Shown here: positions 33,219-43,147 of the stretch, one piece after another
Layout: every line of letters begins with the position of its first letter
How positions within the stretch are numbered: the stretch's first letter is position 1
Source: an uncultured Alphaproteobacteria bacterium
GTDB lineage: Bacteria; Pseudomonadota; Alphaproteobacteria; HIMB59
Length of the DNA stretch: 64,000 nt
Reading direction: 5' to 3'
Assembly: GCA_902524245.1 (NCBI GenBank)
Contig: CABZCN010000005.1
Span: 1,101 to 65,100, forward strand
Position numbers and translations under genes: made by a program
The notes under the pieces: generated by a model
Databases searched by the model: none
Seen by the model: the letters and a program-made list of their open reading frames with translations, nothing else
What the model was told of the DNA's origin: nothing

Positions 33219-33804
33219 ACTTATATCTGTAATACTAACAGGTGGTAAATCCTCCAGAATGGGTCATGAAAATAAAAGCTTTTTAAAAATTAAAGATAAG
33301 TGTTTTATTGAAATTTTAATAGAAAGTCTTCAAGAAAAGTCTCATGAGATTATTATTAATGCTAATAGAGATATCAGTAAGTACAAAATTTTTGGTTATA
33401 AAGTTGTAAGTGATAAAATTGGCGGTTACAAAGGTCCACTAGCTGGGTTACATAGTGCACTTGATCTATATAAAAACTCAAAAGAGGATTTATGGTTTGC
33501 ACTTTTTCCTACTGATGCCCCAATAATAAACACAGGCATAATAGATAATTTTATCTCAATTACAGAAAAAAAGAATAAAGTCTATATTTGTAAGATTGAT
33601 AATATTATCGAACCAATGTTCTCTTTTTGGTCATCAAAATTGTTTACGGAATTAAATGAAGTTCTTTTAAAAAATAATGGTTATAAAATTATGAAATTTG
33701 CTGAAGAAATTGGATTTGATTATATAAATTTTAAAAAAAATAAAAAAATAGAATTTTTTAATGTAAACGACAAAAATGATTACAAGGAATTTCTAAGTTT
33801 TTGA
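33211..33804 (+). CDS. mobA: Molybdenum cofactor guanylyltransferase
   Basis: ILTGGKSSRMG, GPLAGL, PTDAP, EPMFS, FFNVN. Confidence 0.92.
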   Translation: MTKLISVILTGGKSSRMGHENKSFLKIKDKCFIEILIESLQEKSHEIIINANRDISKYKIFGYKVVSDKIGGYKGPLAGLHSALDLYKNSKEDLWFALFPTDAPIINTGIIDNFISITEKKNKVYICKIDNIIEPMFSFWSSKLFTELNEVLLKNNGYKIMKFAEEIGFDYINFKKNKKIEFFNVNDKNDYKEFLSF

Positions 33805-34326
33805 GAAATTAATTAACAAAGAACCATTATCATTAATTTTTTGTTCAGAATGACGATATCCTCTCTCATTTAAGTAAGGAACTAAATCCCTAAAATTTAT
33901 GTATGTAAAAGCTGGTAAGCCTTTACCAAATTTTAAAGGCTCTATAGTAATAAAAATTTCATCAATTAAATCAGCATATAAGAAATAATCATGAACACTT
34001 GTTCCCCCTAAAATTAAAACACTTTCTTTGCAAAGATTTTCAAATTCATCCCACTGATTGATATCTGGATTAAAATAAAATTGATTTATTGAATTTTTAA
34101 TTTGTTTGATTTTTTGGTATTTTCTAGAAAAAATAATTCTTGATCTAGACTCGTTTGGATTTAATTCATGAGTCTTTCTGCCCATAACTTGCCATTTATG
34201 ATTCTTTATTAAAATGTCTAAGTGTTTTTTGTCTTCCAAGCTAGTCCATTCAAATGGATTATCTCCAGAATATTTTGCAATAAAACCATCGCTTGAACAA
34301 GCAAATGCTAAAGTGTATTTAATCAT
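33793..34326 (-). CDS. Dihydrofolate reductase / RibD C-terminal family protein
   Basis: ACSSDGFIA, VMGRKT, LILGG, IDEIFITIEP..FGKG. Confidence 0.75.
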   Translation of the reverse strand: MIKYTLAFACSSDGFIAKYSGDNPFEWTSLEDKKHLDILIKNHKWQVMGRKTHELNPNESRSRIIFSRKYQKIKQIKNSINQFYFNPDINQWDEFENLCKESVLILGGTSVHDYFLYADLIDEIFITIEPLKFGKGLPAFTYINFRDLVPYLNERGYRHSEQKINDNGSLLINFSKT

Positions 34327-34370
34327 TAATTTATTTTATTAATTTTAAGTATAATATTTTATTTCAATAT

Positions 34371-35273
34371 ATGAATTTTTACCTACCTATTGCTGAAATA
34401 TCCATAAATATTTATATATTAATTTCCCTTGGAGTTGGAATCGGTTTTATATCTGGACTCTTTGGCATAGGTGGAGGTTTTATATCTTCTCCTCTTTTGA
34501 TACTGGTTGGCATTCCTCCAGCTGTTGCAGTTGGAACCACAACTGTTCAAGTATTCGCCTCGACATCAACTGGTGTTGTAAGTCATTTTCAAAGAAAAAA
34601 CATAGACTATCAGATGGGCTTAACAATGGTTATTGGTGGATTAGTGGGGACATTTTTTGGTGTATTAATTCTAAATAATTTAAAAAATATTGGTTTAATT
34701 GATAACTATTTAAATAGTATCTATATAATTCTTTTAATTATAACTGCTGTATTTATTCTTTATGAAACAGCTAAAGTTAATATCGTACATAAAAATAAAA
34801 AATTTAAATTACACCAGCATTCTTGGATACATGGACTTCCTTTTAAAATTAAGTATAGAAAATCTAAACTGTATATAAGTGTACTAGCACCACTTTTAAT
34901 TGGTTTTTTTATAGGTGTATTGACAGGTCTAACTGGTATTGGTGGTGGCTTTATACTTATTCCATGTATGATTTATTTTTTAGGTATGAAAACTATTTCA
35001 GTAATAGGGACATCTCTATTTAACATCACGATAGTATCCTTTGTATCTTTATTTTTGCAAATATACATAAATCAAAATATAGATTTTGTATTAGCTTTAG
35101 GATTAATAGTAAGTAGCTCTGTCGGAGCTGCACTAGCTGCAAGGATAGTTGACATACTTGATCAAGAAAATTTAAAAGTTACATTTGGTATGTTGCTATT
35201 AATTATTTCATCATTTTTAGCTTATGATTTATTTAAAACACCTGAGAACTTATTCATTATAAATTATGTATAA
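34371..35273 (+). CDS. TSUP (TauE/SafE) family permease
   Basis: Duplicated GFISGLFGIGGGF / GVLTGLTGIGGGF motifs; about 8-9 TM helices. Confidence 0.9.
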   Translation: MNFYLPIAEISINIYILISLGVGIGFISGLFGIGGGFISSPLLILVGIPPAVAVGTTTVQVFASTSTGVVSHFQRKNIDYQMGLTMVIGGLVGTFFGVLILNNLKNIGLIDNYLNSIYIILLIITAVFILYETAKVNIVHKNKKFKLHQHSWIHGLPFKIKYRKSKLYISVLAPLLIGFFIGVLTGLTGIGGGFILIPCMIYFLGMKTISVIGTSLFNITIVSFVSLFLQIYINQNIDFVLALGLIVSSSVGAALAARIVDILDQENLKVTFGMLLLIISSFLAYDLFKTPENLFIINYV

Positions 35274-35943
35274 ATATATTTTAATAATCATATTTTTTTT
35301 TAAAATTGGTTTTGCATCTAATTTTTCCTTAGATCAATTTGAAATTGAAATAAACTCAAATTTTTTAGGAAAAGAAGTAGTTTTATTTGGAAATAAAGAT
35401 AAAGATAGTGATGTAATCTTTATTTTCGAAGGAGAAAATAAAAAAGCTAAATTGACGACAAAAGTTAAAGAGGGTTTTTTATGGATTAACGAAACAAAAG
35501 AGTTGAATAATCAACCTAGTTTTTTTGCGATCTTCACGTCTCCTAAAAAGACTTTGAATGAAATATTTTTATATTCTAGTTTAAAGAATAGGCACTTATT
35601 AATAAGTAATCACTCTCTTGAACTCCATAAAATAAGAAAAGCTATGAATATGAAAAATTTGTATATAGAAGAGGAGCTTGAAAGTTTAAGTGGAAATCTA
35701 TTTTTAAAAAAATTTTTAATACCAGATAATATCTCACCTGGAAATATAAAAGTTTATATGTACGAGATAAAAAATAATGAAATTATTAAAATGGTATCTA
35801 AAAACTTGCAAATAAAAAAAGGAGGAATTTCATTTAAATTGGAAAAGTTGTTAAAAACTGAGTCTTTTATTTATATTATAATTTTGATTGCTATATCATT
35901 ATTACTTAGCTTAGTTACGAATTTAATATTTAGAAAAAAATGA
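35266..35943 (+). CDS. Conserved membrane protein (TIGR02186-like)
   Basis: Signal peptide, IEINSNFLG.EVVLFG, LWIN, C-terminal TM; usual partner of the TSUP gene in alphaproteobacteria. Confidence 0.7.
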   Translation: MYKYILIIIFFFKIGFASNFSLDQFEIEINSNFLGKEVVLFGNKDKDSDVIFIFEGENKKAKLTTKVKEGFLWINETKELNNQPSFFAIFTSPKKTLNEIFLYSSLKNRHLLISNHSLELHKIRKAMNMKNLYIEEELESLSGNLFLKKFLIPDNISPGNIKVYMYEIKNNEIIKMVSKNLQIKKGGISFKLEKLLKTESFIYIIILIAISLLLSLVTNLIFRKK

Positions 35944-36419
35944 GAAAAATCAATAATAGAAATTATTTTGTAGTTATTGATCAAAGTGCTGAAATGTGGA
36001 CTGCAGTTAAATTTGCTATAAGGAGAGCAAAAATAACTAAATCTAATATTACTACTGTTAGCTTTATTCAAAGCGCAAGCGAAGGTATGATGCTTACATC
36101 AGGGGCTGAAAAAATTTTGGATATAGATCAAATAACAACTGAAAAGTTAAAACATAAAGAAGTGCATAAATACATCTCAGATAAATCTAGAATTAAAGCA
36201 AAATCTGAAATATTTAAATATAATGAGATTGATGAGTTTATAAGTTTCTTAAATAAATATTCATCTAACTCAACTATTATTCTTGCTACAAGTAAAGATA
36301 TAGGCAAGCCTGGGCCTTTAATTGACAAACTTATATATGAAAAATCTAACTCGTTACATTGCCCTCTTGTTATAATTAATGGTAATCTTGAAGATGAAGA
36401 GATTGGGAAGATTATTTAG
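35940..36419 (+). CDS. Universal stress protein family
   Basis: YFVVIDQSAEMWTAVKFAIRRA...GKPGPLI...CPLVIINGNL; usual third gene after TSUP and TIGR02186. Confidence 0.75.
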   Translation: MRKINNRNYFVVIDQSAEMWTAVKFAIRRAKITKSNITTVSFIQSASEGMMLTSGAEKILDIDQITTEKLKHKEVHKYISDKSRIKAKSEIFKYNEIDEFISFLNKYSSNSTIILATSKDIGKPGPLIDKLIYEKSNSLHCPLVIINGNLEDEEIGKII

Positions 36420-36563
36420 CTGAATAAAAAAGATTTCAAAATTTGTGTGGTATGCCAAAGACCATTTAGTTGGAGAAAAAAATGGGAAAAAGTATGGAAT
36501 GATGTTAAATATTGTTCAGAAAAATGTCGAAGGTCAAAATCAAAAATAATAAAGAAAAGATAG
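36420..36563 (+). CDS. DUF2256-family small Cys-rich protein
   Basis: Not in the ORF track. Manual translation (CTG)[46 protein letters not shown]; Cxx[10 protein letters not shown]...YCS.xCR is the family signature. Confidence 0.85.
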   Translation: MNKKDFKICVVCQRPFSWRKKWEKVWNDVKYCSEKCRRSKSKIIKKR

Positions 36564-37168
36564 CAAACTTACTGTTAAGTATTGGATGCGTTAATATAGA
36601 CTTCAAAAAACAATTTACTCTTACATCTGGCAAAAAAAGTCCTGTTTATGTTGATTGTAGAAAATTAATTTCATTTCCAAAAGAAAGAGAATTAATTATT
36701 AATGAAATGAGCAAACAGATTAAATCGAAGTATAAAGATAATTCGACTATTATTGCAGGAGGCGAAACAGCTGGTATTCCCTACTCTTCCTTTCTGTGTC
36801 AAAAGATGAAATATCCAATGGTATATTTAAGAAAGAGCCCTAAAGGGTTTGGAAAAGGTAAGCTAATAGAGGGAGAGTTTAAAAAGAATAATCAGTCAAT
36901 ATTAGTAGAGGACATGGCAACTGATGGAGGAAGTAAATTACATTTCATAAAGGCTTTAAGACAAAATAAACTAAAAGTTAAAGATATATATGTAGTTTTT
37001 TACTATGGCATTTACCCTAAAGCTAAAAAAAATATATCTAAAATGAATGTGAATTTAAATTATCTCACTTCATGGAGAGATATATTAACTATTTCTCCAA
37101 ATTATATTTCAGATAAAGATTACAAGAATTTAAAAAATTATTTAGAGTCAATTTCGAGTGGAAAATAA
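36524..37168 (+). CDS. pyrE: Orotate phosphoribosyltransferase
   Basis: [36 protein letters not shown]; ATG 36524 preferred. Confidence 0.92.
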   Translation: MSKVKIKNNKEKIANLLLSIGCVNIDFKKQFTLTSGKKSPVYVDCRKLISFPKERELIINEMSKQIKSKYKDNSTIIAGGETAGIPYSSFLCQKMKYPMVYLRKSPKGFGKGKLIEGEFKKNNQSILVEDMATDGGSKLHFIKALRQNKLKVKDIYVVFYYGIYPKAKKNISKMNVNLNYLTSWRDILTISPNYISDKDYKNLKNYLESISSGK

Positions 37169-37613
37169 AATTATTAGTGTTGTTTCAGGGGGATTTGACC
37201 CCATCCATCCTGGACATATTATGATGATGAAAGAATGTTTAGAGTTTTCTAATTTTTTAATCGTAGGTGTAAATTCTAATAAATGGTTAATTGATAAAAA
37301 AGGAAATTTTTTTATGGATATTCAACATAGAATGTATGTTGTTGATAGCTTAAAAGTAGTAAATGAATCTATGGAATTTGAAGATGATGAAATGGGAAGT
37401 GCAAATAATTTGTTAATTCAAATAAGAAATAAATATCCAAATGAAAAAATTATTTTTGCTAATGGAGGTGATAGATCAGACACTTCTAAAATTTTAGAAT
37501 ATGAAACAGCAAAGAAATATAATATTGAATTAAAATTTGGTGTAGGTGGAAATCACAAAGAGTCTTCAAGTTCTGATTTGCTAAAAAGATGGAGTGAATA
37601 CTCTAAAAACTAA
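37158..37613 (+). CDS. HxGH cytidylyl/adenylyltransferase (TagD/RfaE-domain-II-like)
   Basis: SGGFDPIHPGHI, IVGVNSNKWL..KKG, FANGGDR, SSS; GTG start. Confidence 0.8.
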   Translation: MENKIISVVSGGFDPIHPGHIMMMKECLEFSNFLIVGVNSNKWLIDKKGNFFMDIQHRMYVVDSLKVVNESMEFEDDEMGSANNLLIQIRNKYPNEKIIFANGGDRSDTSKILEYETAKKYNIELKFGVGGNHKESSSSDLLKRWSEYSKN

Positions 37614-38197
37614 GGGCTAAGGGTATAAGATACCCAATCATTATCTTTAAACTCAAAGACTTCTCTTTTGTGAATTCTATGAGGCATATCCTCCCAAAAC
37701 TCGATTTTTGAATATTTTACTATAAACCCTCCCCAGTAATCAGGACGAGGGAAATTTTCTTTTTCAGGATATTTATTTTTATAAAATTCGATTTTATTCT
37801 CTAAATCATCTCTTGATTTTAGGACTTTTGATTGATTAGAAGCCCACGCCCCTATTCGACTTAAATAATGTCTTGAATTAAAATATTTATCAGATGTTTC
37901 TTTTGAGACTTTTTCGACTTTACCCTCTATTCTTATTTGCCTTAACAATGACTTCCAATGAAAATTTAGGCAAACATTAGCATTTTTTAAAATGTCATTT
38001 CCTTTATTGCTGTCATAATTTGTGTAAAAAATAAAACCTTCATCATTATAATCTTTTAATAGGACCATCCTTGAATGGGGGGTATTTTTATCGTCAACTG
38101 TTGATAGACACATCGCATTAGGATCGTTAATCTCTTTTTCAGTGGCTAAATCAAACCATTCTTTAAACTTAATAATTGGATTTAATTTATCTGACAT
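37610..38197 (-). CDS. pdxH: Pyridoxamine 5'-phosphate oxidase
   Basis: DPNAMCLST, RMVLLK, FYTNYDS.KG, RQIRIEG, SRIGAWASNQS, IEFW. Confidence 0.97.
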   Translation of the reverse strand: MSDKLNPIIKFKEWFDLATEKEINDPNAMCLSTVDDKNTPHSRMVLLKDYNDEGFIFYTNYDSNKGNDILKNANVCLNFHWKSLLRQIRIEGKVEKVSKETSDKYFNSRHYLSRIGAWASNQSKVLKSRDDLENKIEFYKNKYPEKENFPRPDYWGGFIVKYSKIEFWEDMPHRIHKREVFEFKDNDWVSYTLSP

Positions 38198-38228
38198 GGT
38201 ATGAGTATTATATTAATTTTAGCAAAAA

Positions 38229-39050
38229 ATGGATTTAAAAAATAAAAAGGGGCTTATAATGGGAGTGGCTAATGATAAGTCCATTGCCTGGGGCATAGCT
38301 CAACAATGCGCAAATTTTGGTGCTGAATTAGCTTTTACTTACCAAAATGATCTTCTATTAAAGAGAATAGATCCTTTAGCTAAATCTGTAGGTTCTAATT
38401 TATTGATACAATGTGATGTTAGTAATGAAGGTTCAGTAAAAAATACTTTCGAAAAAATTAAAGATAAATGGGGAAAATTGGATTTTTTCGTTCACGCTGT
38501 AGCGTTTGCAGATAAAAATGAGCTAAGAGGTAAGTATGTTGATACATCAAAAGAGAATTTCTTAAATAGTTTAAATATTTCTTGTTATTCCTTCACTGAG
38601 TCTTGTAAATATTGCTATGATTTAATGGATAATGGTGGGAGTATTTTAACGTTAACTTACTATGGAGCAGAGCAGGTTATGCCACATTATAATGTAATGG
38701 GAGTCGCAAAATCAGCACTTGAGGCTTCAGTTAAATATCTTGCTGTAGATATGGGAGATAAAAATATAAGAGTTAACGCCATATCTGCAGGCCCAATTAA
38801 AACTCTTGCGGCTTCTGGTATTGGTGATTTTAGATTTATTTTAAAATGGAATGAACTTAACTCTCCTTTAAAGAGAAATGTTACACTAGAAGATGTTGGA
38901 AACACTGGAGCCTATCTTTTAAGTGACCTTTCATCTGGTGTGACCGGAGAAATCCACCATGTTGATTGTGGTTATCATACAGTTGGAATGGTAGCAGTTG
39001 ATGAAGCTGAGGGTGTAGCAGGATTACTTAATGAGTTTAGTAAAAAATAA
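38229..39050 (+). CDS. fabI: Enoyl-ACP reductase
   Basis: GLIMGVANDKSIAWGIA, YNVMGVAK, NAISAGPIKTLAASGI. Confidence 0.98.
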   Translation: MDLKNKKGLIMGVANDKSIAWGIAQQCANFGAELAFTYQNDLLLKRIDPLAKSVGSNLLIQCDVSNEGSVKNTFEKIKDKWGKLDFFVHAVAFADKNELRGKYVDTSKENFLNSLNISCYSFTESCKYCYDLMDNGGSILTLTYYGAEQVMPHYNVMGVAKSALEASVKYLAVDMGDKNIRVNAISAGPIKTLAASGIGDFRFILKWNELNSPLKRNVTLEDVGNTGAYLLSDLSSGVTGEIHHVDCGYHTVGMVAVDEAEGVAGLLNEFSKK

Positions 39051-39057
39051 TTAGTTA

Positions 39058-40140
39058 ATGTCACACAATTCTTTTGGAAATTTATTAAAGTTTACTACTT
39101 GGGGAGAAAGTCATGGAGAGGCTATAGGTTGTGTTGTTGATGGTTTCCCAGCAGGAATACCTATCAACACAAAATATATTCAAACAAGATTAGATTTAAG
39201 AAAACCAGGTCAGTCAAAATTTACAACACAAAGAAAAGAGAAAGATGAAGTTAATTTACTCTCAGGGGTTTTTAACGGTAAAAGCACTGGTGCTCCAATA
39301 TCAATGATAATTTATAACTCTGATCAAAGAAGCAAGGATTATTCAGAAATCAAAAATAAATTTAGACCTGGTCATGCTGATTACACTTATTTTATGAAAT
39401 ATAAAAATTATGATTATAGAGGTGGAGGAAGGTCCAGTGCAAGAGAAACCGCGATGAGAGTTGCTGCAGGTGCTCTTTCAGAATTACTTCTTAAAAAAAT
39501 TTCAAAAAATAAAATAAATGTTACAAGTGCTGTTATTCAAATAGGTAATGAGAAGATAGAAAACTCAACTTGGAATAATAATTTTATTAACAAAAATCCT
39601 TTTTTCTCACCAAATAAGTCCATTCTTAAAAAATGGGAAAATCTGATCCTTACTCATAGAAAAAAAGGTTCGTCTCTTGGTGCTGTAATTGAAGTTAGAG
39701 TCTCAAATTGTCCTGTAGGCATAGGAGAGCCAATATATCAAAAACTTGACTCAGAATTATCAAAAGCAATTATGAGCATTAATGCCGTTAAAGGTATAGA
39801 GTTTGGTACAGGTTTTGATTTAGTAAATTATGACGGTACTAATGGATCTGATCAAATTAATTTCAAAAATAAGAAAATTAAATTTCATACTAATCATGCA
39901 GGAGGAATATTAGGTGGTATTTCTTCAGGACAAGATATTATTTTTAGATATATTGTAAAACCAACTAGTTCAGTATTAAGCGAAAAAAATACTATTACAA
40001 AGAATTTTAAAAATACAAAAATTAAAACTAAAGGACGTCATGACCCTTGTGTAGGTATAAGGGCAGTGCCTGTGGGAATTGCTATGACTAATTTTGTGAT
40101 TGCTGATTTATTATTAATTCATAAATCCAAATCACTTTAA
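39058..40140 (+). CDS. aroC: Chorismate synthase
   Basis: GESHG, RPGHAD, GGGRSSARET, NHAGGILGGIS, RHDPC. Confidence 0.98.
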   Translation: MSHNSFGNLLKFTTWGESHGEAIGCVVDGFPAGIPINTKYIQTRLDLRKPGQSKFTTQRKEKDEVNLLSGVFNGKSTGAPISMIIYNSDQRSKDYSEIKNKFRPGHADYTYFMKYKNYDYRGGGRSSARETAMRVAAGALSELLLKKISKNKINVTSAVIQIGNEKIENSTWNNNFINKNPFFSPNKSILKKWENLILTHRKKGSSLGAVIEVRVSNCPVGIGEPIYQKLDSELSKAIMSINAVKGIEFGTGFDLVNYDGTNGSDQINFKNKKIKFHTNHAGGILGGISSGQDIIFRYIVKPTSSVLSEKNTITKNFKNTKIKTKGRHDPCVGIRAVPVGIAMTNFVIADLLLIHKSKSL

Positions 40141-41997
40141 AAACTTTATTAGCTTTTCATAAATAATTTTTGGAGAAATACCTGACTTAGAATATTGATC
40201 ATCAATGTCAGATTGATCAATAAACTCATCTTTCATAAAAAAATTTAATATTTTTGGGGTATCGTTTAGTTTATTTATTAAAAAGTCATTAACCTGACTA
40301 GAGAATCCCCCAATTGCATTCTCCTCAATAGTAACAAAAATGTTATGATTTTTCTTAAGTTTTTGTATTAATTTAACATCAATTGGCTTTGCAAATCTCA
40401 TATCTATTATAGAGCAATCCAATTTATAATTTTTTTTAATTAGTTCGCTAATCTCTAATACTTTTTTTAACCTCGTTCCTAGATTTAGGAAGGCAATTTT
40501 TTTTCCATTTTTTATAACCTTACCTTTTCCTATTGTTATTTTTTGAAATTTATCATTGTTTTTATATTCATGTGCTAAATCTCTTGGATATCTAATTGCA
40601 CACGGTTTGTTATTTATAGATAATGCTAAATTGATCATATTTTTTAATTCCTCACCACTAGATGGTGCCATAACAATAAAATTTGGGAGGCAACAGAGGT
40701 AACTGAGATCAAAAGATCCAGCATGTGTAGCACCATCAGCGCCTACAAAACCAGATCTATCAATCAAAAATCTAACAGGTAATGACTGTATAGCAATATC
40801 ATGTACAACTTGATCATAAGCTCTCTGCAGAAAAGTTGAATAAATTGCAACAAAAGGCTTAATAGACTCTGTTGACATACCTCCAGCAAAAGTAACAGCA
40901 TGCTGTTCAGCTATTCCTACATCATAAAATCTAGAGGGATATTTTTCTTTAAACTGATCTAAGCCTGTTCCTGCGGGCATTGCTGCAGTTATTGCTACAA
41001 TTTTTTTATCTTTTTTTGCTAATTTTAAAATAGTATCACTTACTACATTAGTATACGTAACAAGTTTTGATTTATTTTGTAAACCTGTTTTAACATCAAA
41101 TGATGATACACCATGAAATTTATCTTTTGATAGTTCAGCAGGTTTATAACCTCTACCTTTATGAGTAATTAAATGCAGGAAAACTGGGCCATGTAATTCT
41201 TTTTTTTTGTATTTCTTAAATAATTGAACTAATAGCTTTAAATTATGTCCATCAACAGGTCCCAAATAATTTAAACCTAATTCTTCAAATAGAGTATTGC
41301 CAGTTAGATAACCTTTAAAATAACCCTCTGTTTTTTTTGCAAATTCTCCAACTTCACTTGGAAGCCTTTTAGTAAAATTTTTAATAATATCTCTAAAACC
41401 TTCATATGATTTTGAACTCAATAAATTCACAAGATATTTACTCATAGCACCAACAGGTTCAGCTATAGACATCTCGTTATCATTTAAAATTATTAGAGAA
41501 TTTTTATTTAGGTGTCCTAGATTGTTTAGCCCTTCGAAAGCCATTCCTGCGCTAATTGCTCCATCACCTATAATACTAATCACATCAAAATCTTTATTTA
41601 AAATATCCCTTGCTGCAGTGATTCCAAGGCTAGCAGAGATTGAAGTTGAACTATGTGCTGCACCAAAAGGGTCATATACACTCTCTGATCTTTTAGTAAA
41701 ACCAGATATTCCATTTTTTTTTCTCAAAGAATGTATTTTATTCTTTCTACCCGTAAGAATTTTATGAGGGTAAGTTTGATGTCCCACATCCCATATTATT
41801 TTATCTGATGGAGCATTAAATACATAATGTAAGGCAACTGTAAGTTCTACAACACCAAGACTAGCACCTAAATGTCCACCGGTTCTTGATACTATTTCAA
41901 TTGTATAATCTCTTAATTCATCATTAAGTTTTTGTAATTCACTAAATGATAATTTTTTTAAATCTTTAGGTAATTTGACTCTACTTAAAACTGACAT
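40132..41997 (-). CDS. dxs: 1-deoxy-D-xylulose-5-phosphate synthase
   Basis: GGHLGASLGVVEL, WDVGHQ, GDGA...LNDNEMSI, IAEQHAV, YSTFLQRAYDQ. Confidence 0.98.
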   Translation of the reverse strand: MSVLSRVKLPKDLKKLSFSELQKLNDELRDYTIEIVSRTGGHLGASLGVVELTVALHYVFNAPSDKIIWDVGHQTYPHKILTGRKNKIHSLRKKNGISGFTKRSESVYDPFGAAHSSTSISASLGITAARDILNKDFDVISIIGDGAISAGMAFEGLNNLGHLNKNSLIILNDNEMSIAEPVGAMSKYLVNLLSSKSYEGFRDIIKNFTKRLPSEVGEFAKKTEGYFKGYLTGNTLFEELGLNYLGPVDGHNLKLLVQLFKKYKKKELHGPVFLHLITHKGRGYKPAELSKDKFHGVSSFDVKTGLQNKSKLVTYTNVVSDTILKLAKKDKKIVAITAAMPAGTGLDQFKEKYPSRFYDVGIAEQHAVTFAGGMSTESIKPFVAIYSTFLQRAYDQVVHDIAIQSLPVRFLIDRSGFVGADGATHAGSFDLSYLCCLPNFIVMAPSSGEELKNMINLALSINNKPCAIRYPRDLAHEYKNNDKFQKITIGKGKVIKNGKKIAFLNLGTRLKKVLEISELIKKNYKLDCSIIDMRFAKPIDVKLIQKLKKNHNIFVTIEENAIGGFSSQVNDFLINKLNDTPKILNFFMKDEFIDQSDIDDQYSKSGISPKIIYEKLIKFLK

Positions 41998-42006
41998 AAA
42001 TTTTAA

Positions 42007-42231
42007 TTACTGAAACTCAGTTGATGCAAGTGATTTATTCTTTTTAACAATTTTATCAATTTTAACTTTTGCAGATTTTAATTTTTCCTCACAGTATTCT
42101 TTTAACTCTATGCCCTCTTCAAATAACTTGATACTTTCTTCAAGAGGTGTTTTTTCATTTTCTAATAAGTCGGATATTTGCTCTAATCTTTTGAGAGCAC
42201 TTTCAAAATTTTTTTCATTTTTTTTATTCAT
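42007..42231 (-). CDS. xseB: Exodeoxyribonuclease VII small subunit
   Basis: FESALKRLEQI...LEESIKLFEEG...C...L. Confidence 0.93.
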   Translation of the reverse strand: MNKKNEKNFESALKRLEQISDLLENEKTPLEESIKLFEEGIELKEYCEEKLKSAKVKIDKIVKKNKSLASTEFQ

Positions 42232-43147
42232 TAGAGTACTCTATTAATGCTTTTAGGTGGTTATTTAATCCATGAAGTAAGCCTTTCATATCATATCCTC
42301 CCTCTAAGACTGAAATTATTGGAACATTATTTGCTAAATTTTCCAATACAATTTTTGTCACCCAATAAAAATCTTCATTTTCTAAATTGATTGAAGCGAG
42401 AGGGTCTAACTTATGGGCATCAAAACCTGCTGAAAAATATATTAAATCGAAATTATTATTTATTTTGTTAATTATCTTATTTTCAAATAATGACCTGAAT
42501 GTTTTAGAATCACAACCAGCTGTTAAAGGGCAATTAAATATATTGCCAGTTCCAGTCTCAATCTCAGAACCCGTACCTGGGTAAAATGGATATTGATGAG
42601 ATGATGCATAGAATATATTTTTGCTGTTTTCAAAAATATGTTGTGTTCCATTACCATGATGAACATCAAAGTCTACAATTAAAATTTTTTCAAATTTGCC
42701 TGACCTGATAGCATATTCTGCTGATATAGCTACATTATTAAAAACGCCAAATCCCATTGCTTTGTTTTTTTCTACATGATGTCCTGGAGGTCTATGTGCG
42801 CAAAAATAAACATTTTTTTTATTATTATCTTCTATTATTTTTTTTACAGCATCTACACTCCCACCAACAGCTAAAAGATAACTATTTAAACTATTTGGAC
42901 TTGCGATTGTATCAGGATCAAAATAATTAAAACCAGAAGTAGGTATAGAGTCAAAAATGTAATTTACATACTCTATGTCATGCACTAAAGAAATCAATTT
43001 TTTATCAGCTGTAGATGGTTCGATAAGATTATGGTTAGAATAATCTTCTTTAATTAAATTATTAACAACTTCTATTCTTTTTATAGACTCTGGATGGTTA
43101 CCAGTATCATGATTTTTATATTCTTCTGAAAAAATGATATTAATCAT
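42224..43147 (-). CDS. Histone deacetylase / AcuC family amidohydrolase
   Basis: HPE, RPPGHH, GFGVFNN, DFDVHHGNGT, SAGFDAH, LEGGY. Confidence 0.93.
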   Translation of the reverse strand: MINIIFSEEYKNHDTGNHPESIKRIEVVNNLIKEDYSNHNLIEPSTADKKLISLVHDIEYVNYIFDSIPTSGFNYFDPDTIASPNSLNSYLLAVGGSVDAVKKIIEDNNKKNVYFCAHRPPGHHVEKNKAMGFGVFNNVAISAEYAIRSGKFEKILIVDFDVHHGNGTQHIFENSKNIFYASSHQYPFYPGTGSEIETGTGNIFNCPLTAGCDSKTFRSLFENKIINKINNNFDLIYFSAGFDAHKLDPLASINLENEDFYWVTKIVLENLANNVPIISVLEGGYDMKGLLHGLNNHLKALIEYSNE

